From positions 434,001-498,000 of the forward strand of contig CDRNVI010000043.1 of assembly GCA_977017575.1 (NCBI GenBank): 64,000 bases of DNA, given 5' to 3'. The position numbers and the translations under genes are program-made. The first letter of the stretch is position 1. The number at the start of each line of letters is the position of its first letter. The stretch comes from Paramoeba atlantica. Taxonomy: Eukaryota > Protista > Discosea. Below the pieces are notes generated by a model, which saw nothing but the letters and a program-made list of their open reading frames with translations, was not told the origin of the DNA and made no database searches. Of the stretch, positions 22,504 to 33,349 are shown piece after piece.

Positions 22504-22796
22504 GAACAAGATATATTTTAGTGAAGAACTGGCAAGTCTTCTGAAAGAAAATACAAAATTAATTCTTCTGAAAGAGATTACAAATCTACAATGCATTTGA
22601 GACACTCCGGTATCATTTATCACTCCGGTATCACGAACGTTGTGAACGTACGTGCTGCTGTGCGCTATGTGAATAAATATAATTTTATAATGTACATATC
22701 AAACGAGGCACACAACAAGTTTCATGGCTACTAGAAACTGAACTAATCTCTGATTCGGCTACGATTAGTAAAATAGAGTTAATTTCAAGTTGTTGA

Positions 22797-23246
22797 CTAA
22801 TTCCATTGCAAGGCAGCGTAAAATCCCGTCGCAAAACCTGCACTAGAAGGCAAGCCTGTGGTGAGGACCTTCATGAACTTTTTAAGCAGCATTCTGACAT
22901 CTTGAAATGTGAATTTGCCATCACCATCTTGGTCAAGTACACTTTCAATGTCGTGAAGGACGGTTTTCCACTTCACCTCGATATATCCCTTGTAATGTAA
23001 TATCTGTAAGGCTATAAAACTTAGTCCTAAATAGTAAGCAGCTTCTTTGGAAAAACGCTTAGCTGCGTACCCACTGAGAGCTCCCAGTAGGGTTCCCATT
23101 GTAAATCGCTTTCCCACAGATCGTGCTAGTAGGCTTACTGTGGACACCGAAACATTGTTAGCGGTGGTTTCCAATGTTTCCTCAGGTTTCGCACTCTTCT
23201 GATTAGGGCGTTCGGACACCTCTTTTAATTCTATTTTATCAGCCAT
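22797..23246 (-). CDS. FUN14-domain membrane protein
   Basis: GALSGYAAKR, ALQILHYKGYIEVKW, LPSSAGFATGFY. Confidence 0.85.
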   Translation of the reverse strand: MADKIELKEVSERPNQKSAKPEETLETTANNVSVSTVSLLARSVGKRFTMGTLLGALSGYAAKRFSKEAAYYLGLSFIALQILHYKGYIEVKWKTVLHDIESVLDQDGDGKFTFQDVRMLLKKFMKVLTTGLPSSAGFATGFYAALQWN

Positions 23247-23896
23247 AGTATCAAGAAGAAAGTGGGAACTGATATAGCCCTCAATTAGAATGTGAGTCTT
23301 CAGGAGTGCGAAAATAACATATCGTAGTTTTTTGAGTATAGTGAAACAAACAGTATGTAATTACAAGTAGGTTCAGTAAAATGCGGGGAGATATTCGTCC
23401 AGTAAATACAATGGGGAGATAGACATTTGCTTTGAAGTTCTGGACCCAAGTCTGACTTTAAGCAAAAGTCAGTGAATTTGACTGAACTTTAAATTACCTT
23501 TGACTGTAAAGGGCTCCTTTTTTAACTAAAGGTAAAACCTTACACAACACGGAGAACTTATTCTCCTAGCGCACGCACCAGGACACTTGCATGACAATAC
23601 AATCAGTCACTAAAGGTACATAAACAGTGCAATTCTAGGTTTGTTCCACGAGAGACTCACTGATGGTACATAAAGGCTGCAATTCTTTTTTAGTCCACGA
23701 GCATTCCTGACTGTATGACTATGCTCAATTGGGACGATGCGCACGGCCATCTTATAGAGGGAATTCAGAAAAGAATATGATGTTCTGAAGCTTTCCTCTC
23801 GCGTTACGACTTTGGAAAATTGTCCTTCAGGGATGAATCCGATGAAAAGCACGGGTGAAAGCAGTCTGTGAAAATACCCAAAATGGTCTCGCCTGT

Positions 23897-24697
23897 TTAG
23901 TGCGATGAACCTGTAGTTTCGTTCGTAGTACGTACTCGCGGTGCGATGTCAGAAAAGGACTGACCAACGGAACGCATGTCTGCAAGAACTTGTTCGTAGA
24001 ATCCTCCTATAGAGTACTTCCTAAAATTAAGTGGATTCGATGAGCCACTAAGAAATCGTTTCCCTTTATTGTCCGTGCCGTAGTAACTCGTGAATATATT
24101 CAAATCATGAATAGGGGCATCTGAGAGACAAATGGCACAGTTCTGTTGCCCTGGGTCGCCGAGACACTTCTGTGCGGAATCAAGCCGGCATGTACCCTGC
24201 GGAGTACATGTCGGGTTAAAACCAACTCCCACGGGGCGATAGTCCTTTGAGTGTGTGTAGCGACCATTTTCCAAAGTAATGTTGTATACAAGCATGGTCA
24301 CGATAGCAGGTCCATTACAGCGCTCGTCGTAACTGTCGTAGACCACAACACTGGACTCCGGTGGATGATCCGAGTCTGGGACCTCCGATGATAAACCGGA
24401 GCCGTACAGCCACAGTCGACTACTCGTTGGAGAAGAACTCGATGTTGGGTTAAACAGGGAGCTGAGAGAAAATGAATCCGGTGACCTGGCTAACCAGAGT
24501 GCGGAGCCTCTTAATTCAAAGCATTGGAATCGGTCAATGTCGGCTAGAAAATTGTAGAGTTGTACTTCGTGAGAGTTCGCATCGCGTAGCATCCAGCGCA
24601 CATGTAATTTCGACTGATCGCGTGAGCATGATGAATTCGTCCAGGGGCGACAGACAGAAGTTGCTTGCAGAGAAAGGACAAAATATGAAGATATCAT
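23897..24697 (-). CDS. Hypothetical Cys-containing protein; may continue by frameshift into 23610-23945
   Basis: 266-aa ORF; an overlapping downstream frame (RTASTYYERNYRFIALNRRDHFG...) is open to 23610. Confidence 0.55.
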   Translation of the reverse strand: MISSYFVLSLQATSVCRPWTNSSCSRDQSKLHVRWMLRDANSHEVQLYNFLADIDRFQCFELRGSALWLARSPDSFSLSSLFNPTSSSSPTSSRLWLYGSGLSSEVPDSDHPPESSVVVYDSYDERCNGPAIVTMLVYNITLENGRYTHSKDYRPVGVGFNPTCTPQGTCRLDSAQKCLGDPGQQNCAICLSDAPIHDLNIFTSYYGTDNKGKRFLSGSSNPLNFRKYSIGGFYEQVLADMRSVGQSFSDIAPRVRTTNETTGSSH

Positions 24698-24879
24698 TTC
24701 ACAGGTGCAACCTCGATGTAATCTAAAATATGTTTTTAAAAATCCGTCGTAATTGTATGATGTATCTTTTCCATTTTAAGAAGAATAGTTATGTGGCTAC
24801 GTACATTAGCTGCATTTATTGTCCTTTTAACCGGGTCAAACCGGCATGCATGACAATATTCCATACAAAAAGAAGGCTC

Positions 24880-25629
24880 CTACATGCCTATTGTTGTGTA
24901 TCCATACCCTTCCATTCCTCCACTTCCTAGATCTATATCGTCGCAGTCAAAATCGTTCCGAGTGAAGGACGTTTGTATCGTTGGAACAGGTGGATTGCTG
25001 TGAAAATTTGCACTGCTGAAATTTAGCAAAGCTGAATCTGACCTTTTTGCGCTAGTCGTCGTCAAATGCGAACTATAGCGACTCAGGAGTGACTCGTCGC
25101 TGTCATATCCTGCAGTACTAAGCTCGTTGGGCGGTGAACTCCGCTTTCTTGTGGATAATATTTTTTTAATTTTTCGTTGTGGTTCCTCCTGTATGATACG
25201 GTTTTCTGTGGTATGCCTCGGCAAAGCAGGCGCCCTTCCTTTTGATTTATTGCGGTCCACTTCATTTATTTCTGAACTGAAATTAGGAATATCGTTTTCA
25301 TTTAAAAGGACCTCGTCCCACGGGTTAACATCACGAGCTACTCTTTCCTCCCCCGTGTCGGTTTCTTCTTTCCCTAAATATTTTTGGGCATTTATTTGAT
25401 TTTCTACACTTGATAATTTTTTCGAATCTTTTATAAGCTCTTTGGATAGCTGTTCGTTCTCATATCCTACGTCCCTCGCATCTAACTGTGGGGTGCTAGG
25501 TTCACTTTTCGTAGGTTCGACCTCATAACCTCTTTTCAGCAACGGGAATCGTGTTCGAGGCTGAATAAGAGGAGGTGTGCCTTCCGGAATAGGCCTCGTC
25601 AAGTCAAACTCATAGGCAAGAGAAACCAT
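24880..25629 (-). CDS. Hypothetical, likely disordered protein
   Basis: 249-aa ORF co-oriented. Confidence 0.55.
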   Translation of the reverse strand: MVSLAYEFDLTRPIPEGTPPLIQPRTRFPLLKRGYEVEPTKSEPSTPQLDARDVGYENEQLSKELIKDSKKLSSVENQINAQKYLGKEETDTGEERVARDVNPWDEVLLNENDIPNFSSEINEVDRNKSKGRAPALPRHTTENRIIQEEPQRKIKKILSTRKRSSPPNELSTAGYDSDESLLSRYSSHLTTTSAKRSDSALLNFSSANFHSNPPVPTIQTSFTRNDFDCDDIDLGSGGMEGYGYTTIGM

Positions 25630-25830
25630 AAGAGATTCCTATGCAGAAGCAAGGCAGAAAGTTACATGCAACTGGACCTAGCTTGTACGCCGGGTATTAA
25701 AAAAATCATTTCATTTCAATTAAAATGTGATGTTTATCCTAAATATATTTTACTAAAGCTAGGGTAGTAAACGTTTTAATAAACAGAATCAGTGAACGCA
25801 AATATAATAATTGGTTAAGCACACAAACGC

Positions 25831-26976
25831 TTACACAGGACGTAATCCAACTCTGCACAGTTGGAGAACGCTGCGACTGATTGCACGATCTCTTGATTGC
25901 TGCTCCCCTTGCGCACATATTCTAGCAAGACAGAATAGAGCGGCAACCCAATTTCGGCCTACATCATTTAACAACCATTGAAGTGATGTTTCAAGGTACT
26001 CTATTTGAAGGGATGGATAAATCGTCAAGTATACACGAGACAAGTCCTTGTCTCTCAAAGCATCGACCCTTGAAGTTTGTTGAGCACTTTCATTCGAAAC
26101 TCCATCTGATGGCGACTTCTTCGGTACCCTACTATGTGAAGTGCGTATATAATCTTGTGGATTAACGCTTTTCAAAATCCTCAAAACTGAAATGTGCATC
26201 CCAATACTTGGGAGAAACTCACTCCTTCGTCTAGCATAAAATGCGCGCGCGTTAAAGCAAGCTATAATGCGCATGCTAGCAACCCATTCTCCACATGCTG
26301 TGGCGGCAGCAGAGGCGCAAGCAAAGGCTTCTTCATGGATAAATTTATAAGTGCTCACTGAAGCGGCGGCTTCACGCCATCGTCCAGCCAGGCGAAGACA
26401 ATGTAACAGAGAAGCTTGCACAGCTAGCACACCACTACGAGGACCAGTGTGAGACTTCAGTAAATGAGACACTCTAATTGCAGTCTCCCAGCAGGCCACC
26501 GCTCCGGGACCTTCACGGCTGTCTAACAGTTTCAACGTGTAGACAATTTGCTCCGTGCTAAGTGTATTCGACTCCCGACACTGTAAAAGGGCTTGTATTG
26601 CGTGACGCCAACTGGTATACCGCTGAGGCTGGTGGTTGGAAAAGGCTTCGTGGGTTTGCATAGTCAGCATAGAGGAGTTCTTATTTCTTTCATGCCGTAA
26701 TAAGCTCTCTCTACGGTCCAAGTTATCCATTCTGGAAACATGAGTAGCATGTACGGTGTCCTGAGAAAGCTTGGTACACCTCGGAGAGGCCTTATTCTCC
26801 TCTTTGGCATTTAATCGAGACACAAGTCCATCAATCAATGAAGATAAATTGCTGGTTTTCGACTGAGCACACGGAAATGCTGTACGTTGTGGCGATGGAT
26901 TATTCTGGTGGGGAAAGCCTACTCCAACACGGGGTCGCGTAGATATTGTCCGCAACGACAAATTAATGTTGAACAT
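25831..26976 (-). CDS. Hypothetical helical-repeat-like protein
   Basis: 381 aa; recurring W-x-x-A helical segments (SWRHAI, CWETAI, RWREAA, NWVAAL). Confidence 0.55.
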   Translation of the reverse strand: MFNINLSLRTISTRPRVGVGFPHQNNPSPQRTAFPCAQSKTSNLSSLIDGLVSRLNAKEENKASPRCTKLSQDTVHATHVSRMDNLDRRESLLRHERNKNSSMLTMQTHEAFSNHQPQRYTSWRHAIQALLQCRESNTLSTEQIVYTLKLLDSREGPGAVACWETAIRVSHLLKSHTGPRSGVLAVQASLLHCLRLAGRWREAAASVSTYKFIHEEAFACASAAATACGEWVASMRIIACFNARAFYARRRSEFLPSIGMHISVLRILKSVNPQDYIRTSHSRVPKKSPSDGVSNESAQQTSRVDALRDKDLSRVYLTIYPSLQIEYLETSLQWLLNDVGRNWVAALFCLARICAQGEQQSRDRAISRSVLQLCRVGLRPV

Positions 26977-27209
26977 CGTGGGCGGCGCTAAAGAATGGCG
27001 AACTTCGAATAAGCATTGGTTTGCAAGCTTTTAGTCTAAAACGACAAAAAAAATATTCCTTAGTTAAAAAAATACTTATTGAACGACAAGCTTTCAAGCT
27101 CCACAATACACACCCATTTCGACCCTTGATTACGCGTTCAAATTTGCATTAACTTTATCTACTGCCCAAATTACACTGGTGCGCTAACTCGCAGCCGTAG
27201 GAGTGAGCA

Positions 27210-28991
27210 TTAGCTCTCAAGACCGGTCTTAAACGACCATCGGCACTCATTCATTTGATAGGTGCATAATTCGGTAAGAATTCGTCTGAACAGTGAGTTA
27301 GAAATTGATTTCTTCAGAGATTCGTATATGGCAGCAACAATTGTTTCTCTCGAGGCGCTTCCGCTGCGCAACACCCTTATGATTACTCGCCTGTATTCGT
27401 CCAGCTCTGGTTGTTTCCAGGAGCGCAGCGCGGTTGCACGATTCTGCGACAACACTAAGACAAGAGGTTTCAAAGCGGCATAGATCTGAGCCTCAGTCAA
27501 ACCTCGAAGAGAAGAGTTCGGTCGTATCCTCTCTTCTCGAATTATCGGCATGATGCGGCTTCCGTGAATTACACCACGGGACGAATATAGCTCCCGAACA
27601 AAGGCTTCCACCGCAGTTCGTTGTAGCGGTTGAAGATTGAGGTCCTCGGATCCCATCTCGGTCTTTACATTCGAAGAACACGCCTTTTTATCCCCGGATT
27701 TCGCAGAATTCAATGGCGCTTCCCAGCACATGGTCATACTACCATGCTCCTGCTCTCCACAAAGCAGTGCTGAGAAATTCTTCTCGATAGCTGATTCACG
27801 AAGACGCCACTGTCGTTCTTGATTGTGGACTATCTCATCTGGTTCCTCCAAAAAAGGACTTTGTCTCATATGGCTATCATTTTGTCTCGTTTCCCTTAGT
27901 AATGATTTACCTCTTAAGTACCATAGTCGCTGACCCAGATCTTGGTACGCTATAGAAGAAAACGCATGATCGACCATCTCGCCGTACCGCTTCGGAAACA
28001 GCGTCATAACTTCCCCTTTGCGCAAAGCCCCATCACGACTTCGATAAAAAAGCAACATGATGTACTCACGTACAAAATAAAATTCCGCGCCGCGTACAAC
28101 GCAATCTTTTTGGCAAACCCATACCCCGTGTATGAGTACAGAGCATTGTTCCAAGGCTACCAACACGGTACTAATAAGTGCATCCACCCCCTTAACATGA
28201 GTCTCAGGTACTTGAAGAAGACTTCGCAACGTATGCAAGGAAATTACTTGGGCCGATAGCAACATGCCGTAAACTTGATCCTGTATGGAGTACGCCGACA
28301 AGACTGAGATCGTTGGCAAAGTCTTGGAAGATACAAGGGGGCAGTTTTGGAGCAATAAATTAGGAACTACACCGGAGAATTTTCTTCCCGATGGCGGTGC
28401 AAATAGAAGCGACTCCAACTCCCCTAGGGCGTTTAAAAATAATCGCGGTATGAATGAGTAGGAACTTGATCGCTCACACCCCCGTTCGGCGAAAAACAAA
28501 CTTCGTCGTGCCAAACCATTCGCAGAATGCGAGCGACCCTGAATAGACTCGTCGGCATCGGAGACAGACTCGGCCATTTCCCTCTGATTCGTAACTTCGC
28601 GACTATTCGCGACAGAGGTTCCCTCAGGAATCTCAGGTCGAAGTAACTGTACGTAGGAAATCGGGTTTAAGTGTAATTCGCCGCTACGAAAAATCCCTAC
28701 GTAGTTTTGCACTAGCTCTTCCTTCGGAATGTGATAGTTCGATAATTTGAAGGCATGAGTGTCACATGATATAGAAGAGGAGGAAAACGCAGTTGATACG
28801 TCCATTAACTCCTCTAGAAACATGGTCATGCGATGCGTCTCATTGGTGAGTTCAACCCGTGTGACGTGATCTAGTTTATAAGCTCGATCCACGGGGCGTA
28901 GGGGAAACTGCACCAGATGAAGCACCCCCGGAGGGCTTGGATTTATATAAACATCCAACTCAAACTCCACAGGATCTTCGGCGACTTTCAT
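27210..28991 (-). CDS. POLR3E: RNA polymerase III subunit RPC5 (Sin-like)
   Basis: ELDVYI..LHLVQFPLRP, YVGIFRSGELHLNPI..QLLRP Sin_N motifs. Confidence 0.8.
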   Translation of the reverse strand: MKVAEDPVEFELDVYINPSPPGVLHLVQFPLRPVDRAYKLDHVTRVELTNETHRMTMFLEELMDVSTAFSSSSISCDTHAFKLSNYHIPKEELVQNYVGIFRSGELHLNPISYVQLLRPEIPEGTSVANSREVTNQREMAESVSDADESIQGRSHSANGLARRSLFFAERGCERSSSYSFIPRLFLNALGELESLLFAPPSGRKFSGVVPNLLLQNCPLVSSKTLPTISVLSAYSIQDQVYGMLLSAQVISLHTLRSLLQVPETHVKGVDALISTVLVALEQCSVLIHGVWVCQKDCVVRGAEFYFVREYIMLLFYRSRDGALRKGEVMTLFPKRYGEMVDHAFSSIAYQDLGQRLWYLRGKSLLRETRQNDSHMRQSPFLEEPDEIVHNQERQWRLRESAIEKNFSALLCGEQEHGSMTMCWEAPLNSAKSGDKKACSSNVKTEMGSEDLNLQPLQRTAVEAFVRELYSSRGVIHGSRIMPIIREERIRPNSSLRGLTEAQIYAALKPLVLVLSQNRATALRSWKQPELDEYRRVIIRVLRSGSASRETIVAAIYESLKKSISNSLFRRILTELCTYQMNECRWSFKTGLES

Positions 28992-29274
28992 ACTACATCT
29001 ACTTTTAGAACTGAAAAGAACGAATGAGCATTTCTTTAATTTATTGTTGAAGATTTCTGTATTAAAAAAGATATTTTATGGAGAGGCAAACACTGTAACC
29101 TAAGTTTAATTCCTGTAGTTCAATTCATGTAACACAACTGTCCAACATAGAGGATTGCAATTAGCTCACAAACTAATCCGCTTTCCTACATAAACTTTTT
29201 CTACAGTAGCGTTTACATTGTAATTTTAGTGCGTATGTTTGCAACACACAAACTTTTTCAGCAAAGAACTTTGC

Positions 29275-31398
29275 TTAAAGACTAAGTGGTCGTAATTCAT
29301 GAGTCCTATTACGAGAAAACACCACACTGGAGACAAACACTCCAATTGCAATGGACAATGCGACGGTCATGACAGAAATAGCGAACGGTCCCCCAGTTTC
29401 TGCCCCTACGATAGACATTGTGGCTCCTCGAACTCCGAGACCCCCGGGCACTAAAAGCAAAATACCGTTCAATACGGGGATAATGCTTGGGCGCTTCTTG
29501 TAGATGGCGTACAGATTGCCGAGGGTCGCAATGACAAACGCCGAACAGGTTGTTGCAATCTCAGGTGAGCAACGCATTTCGCATAACATATGAACTGCGA
29601 ATCCTACGGTAGAAACCACAATCTGAATCGGCAATTGTTTAAATGAGCTATTCAAAAGAATGCCGAAACACAGTGCAAGTATCGGAAAAAGTGCCAAAGC
29701 CACAAGAGGGAGGTCTACGGAGACCACGACATGAGGATGTATATGAAGATTGGCAGTCTCCGCCCAAGCGAGTTGTGATCCGATCGTTATTCCAATGGCA
29801 TACAGGATTACCTTGAACATAGCATAAACCATGCGTGTTGTACCCGTTACTATTTGTCCCTGTGAAAGTTCCATGACTGATGTGGTCAGAGATAGACCAG
29901 GAAGAAGCCACACCATACTTCCAAGCACACTGGGATAAAAGGCAACTTTGTCTGTCACATAGACTTGGATCAAGCGGACGGCCGCGGCACAAATAATTGT
30001 GCTAAAAAATCCCCCAAGCTGATTAAGTTTTGGTGTAATTTTAGCCTCGATACGTTGGTCCATGATTCCAACGAACAACCCGAGACCTGAAGCAAATACT
30101 GCATCCTCCCAACTTCCACCGAACAAAGCGAGTGTGCTTACCCCTCCTGCAAATATGAAGGCCAACAGCGTGACCCACAAAGCCCAAGGGTCATTTTTCA
30201 TCATAATGCGGTCGAGCTCTTGAATACCTTCCTGAAGTCCCTCGCCCACGTACGTCCCCTCCGCACAATTTCGCGCAATGTCATCAATTTTCTCTAGCTT
30301 CGCAAGGTTGTATCCCCCGGTGGTATCGACAAACATGGTTTCATTCGCCCCATGGGTGCCAAACGTAACCAAAACATGGTTGGGCATGGTCTTAAACGTG
30401 GACGGAAGACCCAGCCCCTCGGAGGCCAGTCGCAGACTCTCATCCACGTGGTGGGCGGGACACCCGTAGAGCTGGTACAGCTGCGCCATTCGAATCAGGA
30501 AGTCCTCTTTTCGGACAATCTCGACGGCATCGTTCATGGTGATCGGGCGGTGCATTGCGGCGACCAGGGCGCGGGGGCTTAAGCTGGGGGGGTAGGACTC
30601 GAGGTAACCCCCGGGGTGCTGTTGTTGCATCGCACTCATGCGTTGGGCCTCTCCCAGGTCGAGTTGAAGAGAGGGGAGGGACATGCGGTCGTGTGGCATG
30701 GTATCGGCGCGGTTTCGAGGGGTGGGAGGCTCGTAGGAGTGGGGCATCGGCGAGGACATGGGAGAGGCCATAGCGATCTCTGGTTTTTCCTCGGACTGGC
30801 AAGGGGAGGGCGTCGCGGGTAAGGATTCAGAACTTCGTAGTCCGCTGGTCTCAGGGGTGGAGGAGGGTAGAGGGGGGCTAGTGGGGTCCGTGCTACATGC
30901 GGGCTGGAGGAGAGAGGTCGGTCCGTGTTCATCTGGGGTGTCAGGGAGACTTTCCATAGTTGGCGTGTGTGGAGGACTTCGAATGTAGCTGTGCCCTGCT
31001 GCGTGCAAATGGTTGGCATAGGGTGAAGCGACCGGAGGAGAGTCCGCCTCGTGCCTGCCGTCGAGCATTCGAAGAGAATTGGGTGAGGCCATGGAGTTTG
31101 GCTGTGCATAGAAATTTGAGAAACTGCCTTGGCGTCCAGGGGATTGTGGCATGGCGTAACTGGAGGTGCCCATGACGGGCCTCGTCTGTAAGAGTTCGAA
31201 AGGTGCGGCTGGTGATTGGCCTTTAAGAAGGCTCAACGATGGACTTTTGCGCTTTTTAGAGGAAGTGGACTTATTGGTTTTCGAAGACCCGTTTTTCTCT
31301 ACGGGGAGATCAGCGACACTAGGGGACGGGCTAATGCCAAATGAAGCGACCTCAGACTGCGAAGAAATCTTCTTTTTTGAAGATGCAAGAGTCATCAA
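29275..31398 (-). CDS. ThrE-family (threonine/serine exporter, DUF1212/PRM10-like) membrane protein
   Basis: YGCPAHHVD, LPGLSLTTSVMEL, LLLVPGGLGVRG; about 10 TM helices after a disordered N-terminus. Confidence 0.85.
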   Translation of the reverse strand: MMTLASSKKKISSQSEVASFGISPSPSVADLPVEKNGSSKTNKSTSSKKRKSPSLSLLKGQSPAAPFELLQTRPVMGTSSYAMPQSPGRQGSFSNFYAQPNSMASPNSLRMLDGRHEADSPPVASPYANHLHAAGHSYIRSPPHTPTMESLPDTPDEHGPTSLLQPACSTDPTSPPLPSSTPETSGLRSSESLPATPSPCQSEEKPEIAMASPMSSPMPHSYEPPTPRNRADTMPHDRMSLPSLQLDLGEAQRMSAMQQQHPGGYLESYPPSLSPRALVAAMHRPITMNDAVEIVRKEDFLIRMAQLYQLYGCPAHHVDESLRLASEGLGLPSTFKTMPNHVLVTFGTHGANETMFVDTTGGYNLAKLEKIDDIARNCAEGTYVGEGLQEGIQELDRIMMKNDPWALWVTLLAFIFAGGVSTLALFGGSWEDAVFASGLGLFVGIMDQRIEAKITPKLNQLGGFFSTIICAAAVRLIQVYVTDKVAFYPSVLGSMVWLLPGLSLTTSVMELSQGQIVTGTTRMVYAMFKVILYAIGITIGSQLAWAETANLHIHPHVVVSVDLPLVALALFPILALCFGILLNSSFKQLPIQIVVSTVGFAVHMLCEMRCSPEIATTCSAFVIATLGNLYAIYKKRPSIIPVLNGILLLVPGGLGVRGATMSIVGAETGGPFAISVMTVALSIAIGVFVSSVVFSRNRTHELRPLSL

Positions 31399-31751
31399 TT
31401 GCGAGATTCACGACTCTCTGGATCAAAACTGTGTCAATGCGAAGCTCCCACGAAGCATCCAGCCGAATAGGGAGTTAAATCTATAGAAATGAAACTGAAA
31501 TCTATTGAAAACAACTTATTCCTATTTTTATAACATAGCTAGTGTACGACTTTTTGACATCAAATAATGAATGATTGTTTACAATACTGGGTCTTTCCTT
31601 CCAATATGCTATAAAGACTATTTACAGAGATTTCCAATGCCGTACAGACGTTTTAAAAGTGGTACACATGTTGTAGTTAGTGATAGTTCAAGACACTGTC
31701 TTTAGATACATGTGGGTGATCAATAGTTTATAACTAATAATTTTAAGACTT

Positions 31752-32954
31752 TCAAGAGCCAATAAGCGGATAATCAAGTTTATGTCTTAATTTTCGTATA
31801 ATGAATAAGTTCCCTTCCTGTCTTTTGGCACGTGCGAGGACTCTTTCCTGCATTTGCATGTTAGCAGGCGATATTTTACCTCCTTTCTTGAGGAAAGGTC
31901 GAACCAATTCTTTCTGATGGGTGCGCATATAGGGAATGACTTGTAGCTTGCTTTTCTTTTGCATTTTCTTGAGCTTGTTCTTTATTTTCATTTTTTGTGA
32001 TTGAATTCTTTTTCTATTTGGTAGAAGAGCCTTGGATGTATTTTTCGTTTTATTTGGATTTAGCGGCGGGGGTTTAAGAAATATTCTTAACGCTTCTATT
32101 TGATTCGTCTTCGCAGTAAGTCCGTCCTTTTCCTTATTGTGTGTAGAATGCTTCGCCTTCTTCTTTGTTCGCTTTTTCTTTTTAGTCGGTCGCGGGCCGC
32201 TCCTTCCAATTCCAAGGAGGTGTACCATTGAAACATTCTGTGGGGTTGGAAGCGGGGGTATGGATGGGACCGTTTTTGGTACATCATCAACTTTAGTACT
32301 CGACTTTGCTTGCCCCTTCAGCACTACTTGAGTCTTCTTGTCATTTGAATGACCACTTGCATTTGAGTCTAAAACAGGAACAGGAACAGAAACAAGTTTT
32401 GGAGGATGGAACAAGCGACACGAAGAATTAGCGCACGCCACTCCGTATGGGCAATTAGGATGTTTTTTCGTGCATTTGGTGTTGCGGCACCATTTCCCAA
32501 AAGGACATGGATCACAAGAAAGATTGGGACTTGAGTCAACATAGACGAAGTCTGGCCCTTTCTTTGTCTGTGGCTCTCTGCCTACAACCACAAGAGAGTT
32601 CGTTTTATTTTCCTTTGACGCCAAAGTAGGGTGACTAAACGCGCAATCGGGATCGCGGCAACTTTCGCCACGGAGGCACAGGGGATGTTGTAAGCGACAA
32701 TGAGTATCGGTACATCGGCTTCCCTGGGGGCAAGGAGGGGTAGTGGAGGATGTGCGATACCACCAGGCGGGAACATCTGGCATACGAACTTTCACCTCCT
32801 TACGAGCAGCTTTGGGGGACCCTATCGTCATTACGCACGTTATGAGCTGTCGGCAAGATTCCTTCCATGGCCTGTTTGACTCAACTCGAGCTGCATACGA
32901 ACAAAGCAAGAGCGGAAGCCTTCTCCGCCATGTGCCTACACAAAGATTTGACAT
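31752..32954 (-). CDS. Nab2/ZC3H14-type CCCH zinc-finger protein with basic C-terminus
   Basis: Four C-x5-C-x4-C-x3-H units in two tandem pairs. Confidence 0.75.
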   Translation of the reverse strand: MSNLCVGTWRRRLPLLLCSYAARVESNRPWKESCRQLITCVMTIGSPKAARKEVKVRMPDVPAWWYRTSSTTPPCPQGSRCTDTHCRLQHPLCLRGESCRDPDCAFSHPTLASKENKTNSLVVVGREPQTKKGPDFVYVDSSPNLSCDPCPFGKWCRNTKCTKKHPNCPYGVACANSSCRLFHPPKLVSVPVPVLDSNASGHSNDKKTQVVLKGQAKSSTKVDDVPKTVPSIPPLPTPQNVSMVHLLGIGRSGPRPTKKKKRTKKKAKHSTHNKEKDGLTAKTNQIEALRIFLKPPPLNPNKTKNTSKALLPNRKRIQSQKMKIKNKLKKMQKKSKLQVIPYMRTHQKELVRPFLKKGGKISPANMQMQERVLARAKRQEGNLFIIRKLRHKLDYPLIGS

Positions 32955-33349
32955 GAACCTATTGATCCAAATATTTCACAGTTCTATTGCTTTTTAACCA
33001 GATTAAAACTGGCATACATTTTTTAAAAATATTTCAGAAATACATGTATGCAATGTATGTCATGCTAGAGGTACATGCTTTATACATTCAACTCTGTACA
33101 ATGCAACTTCTAGTACACTGAGATAGAGTACAATACTTTATGCATGGTATAGTATTGAACTTTCCTAACCGAAGTTGTATGTGACGTGTCGTACAAAGAG
33201 ATGCATGTACACTTGCTTGTATTCCGTAGACTAGAAAACAGAACCTCAGAAAAACGTCTATCTATTGCAGAGTTCAACAAATAAACATCTATCTATCACT
33301 GAGCGCCTGACACTTCCTGTATCACAATTTGCTAGGAACCAGATCACAT

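Noticed and set aside
20575-22623. Track start sites for BiP (22623) and peroxiredoxin (18455)
   Set aside because: Upstream extensions are non-homologous; the signal peptide and family N-terminus favour 22503 and 18353.
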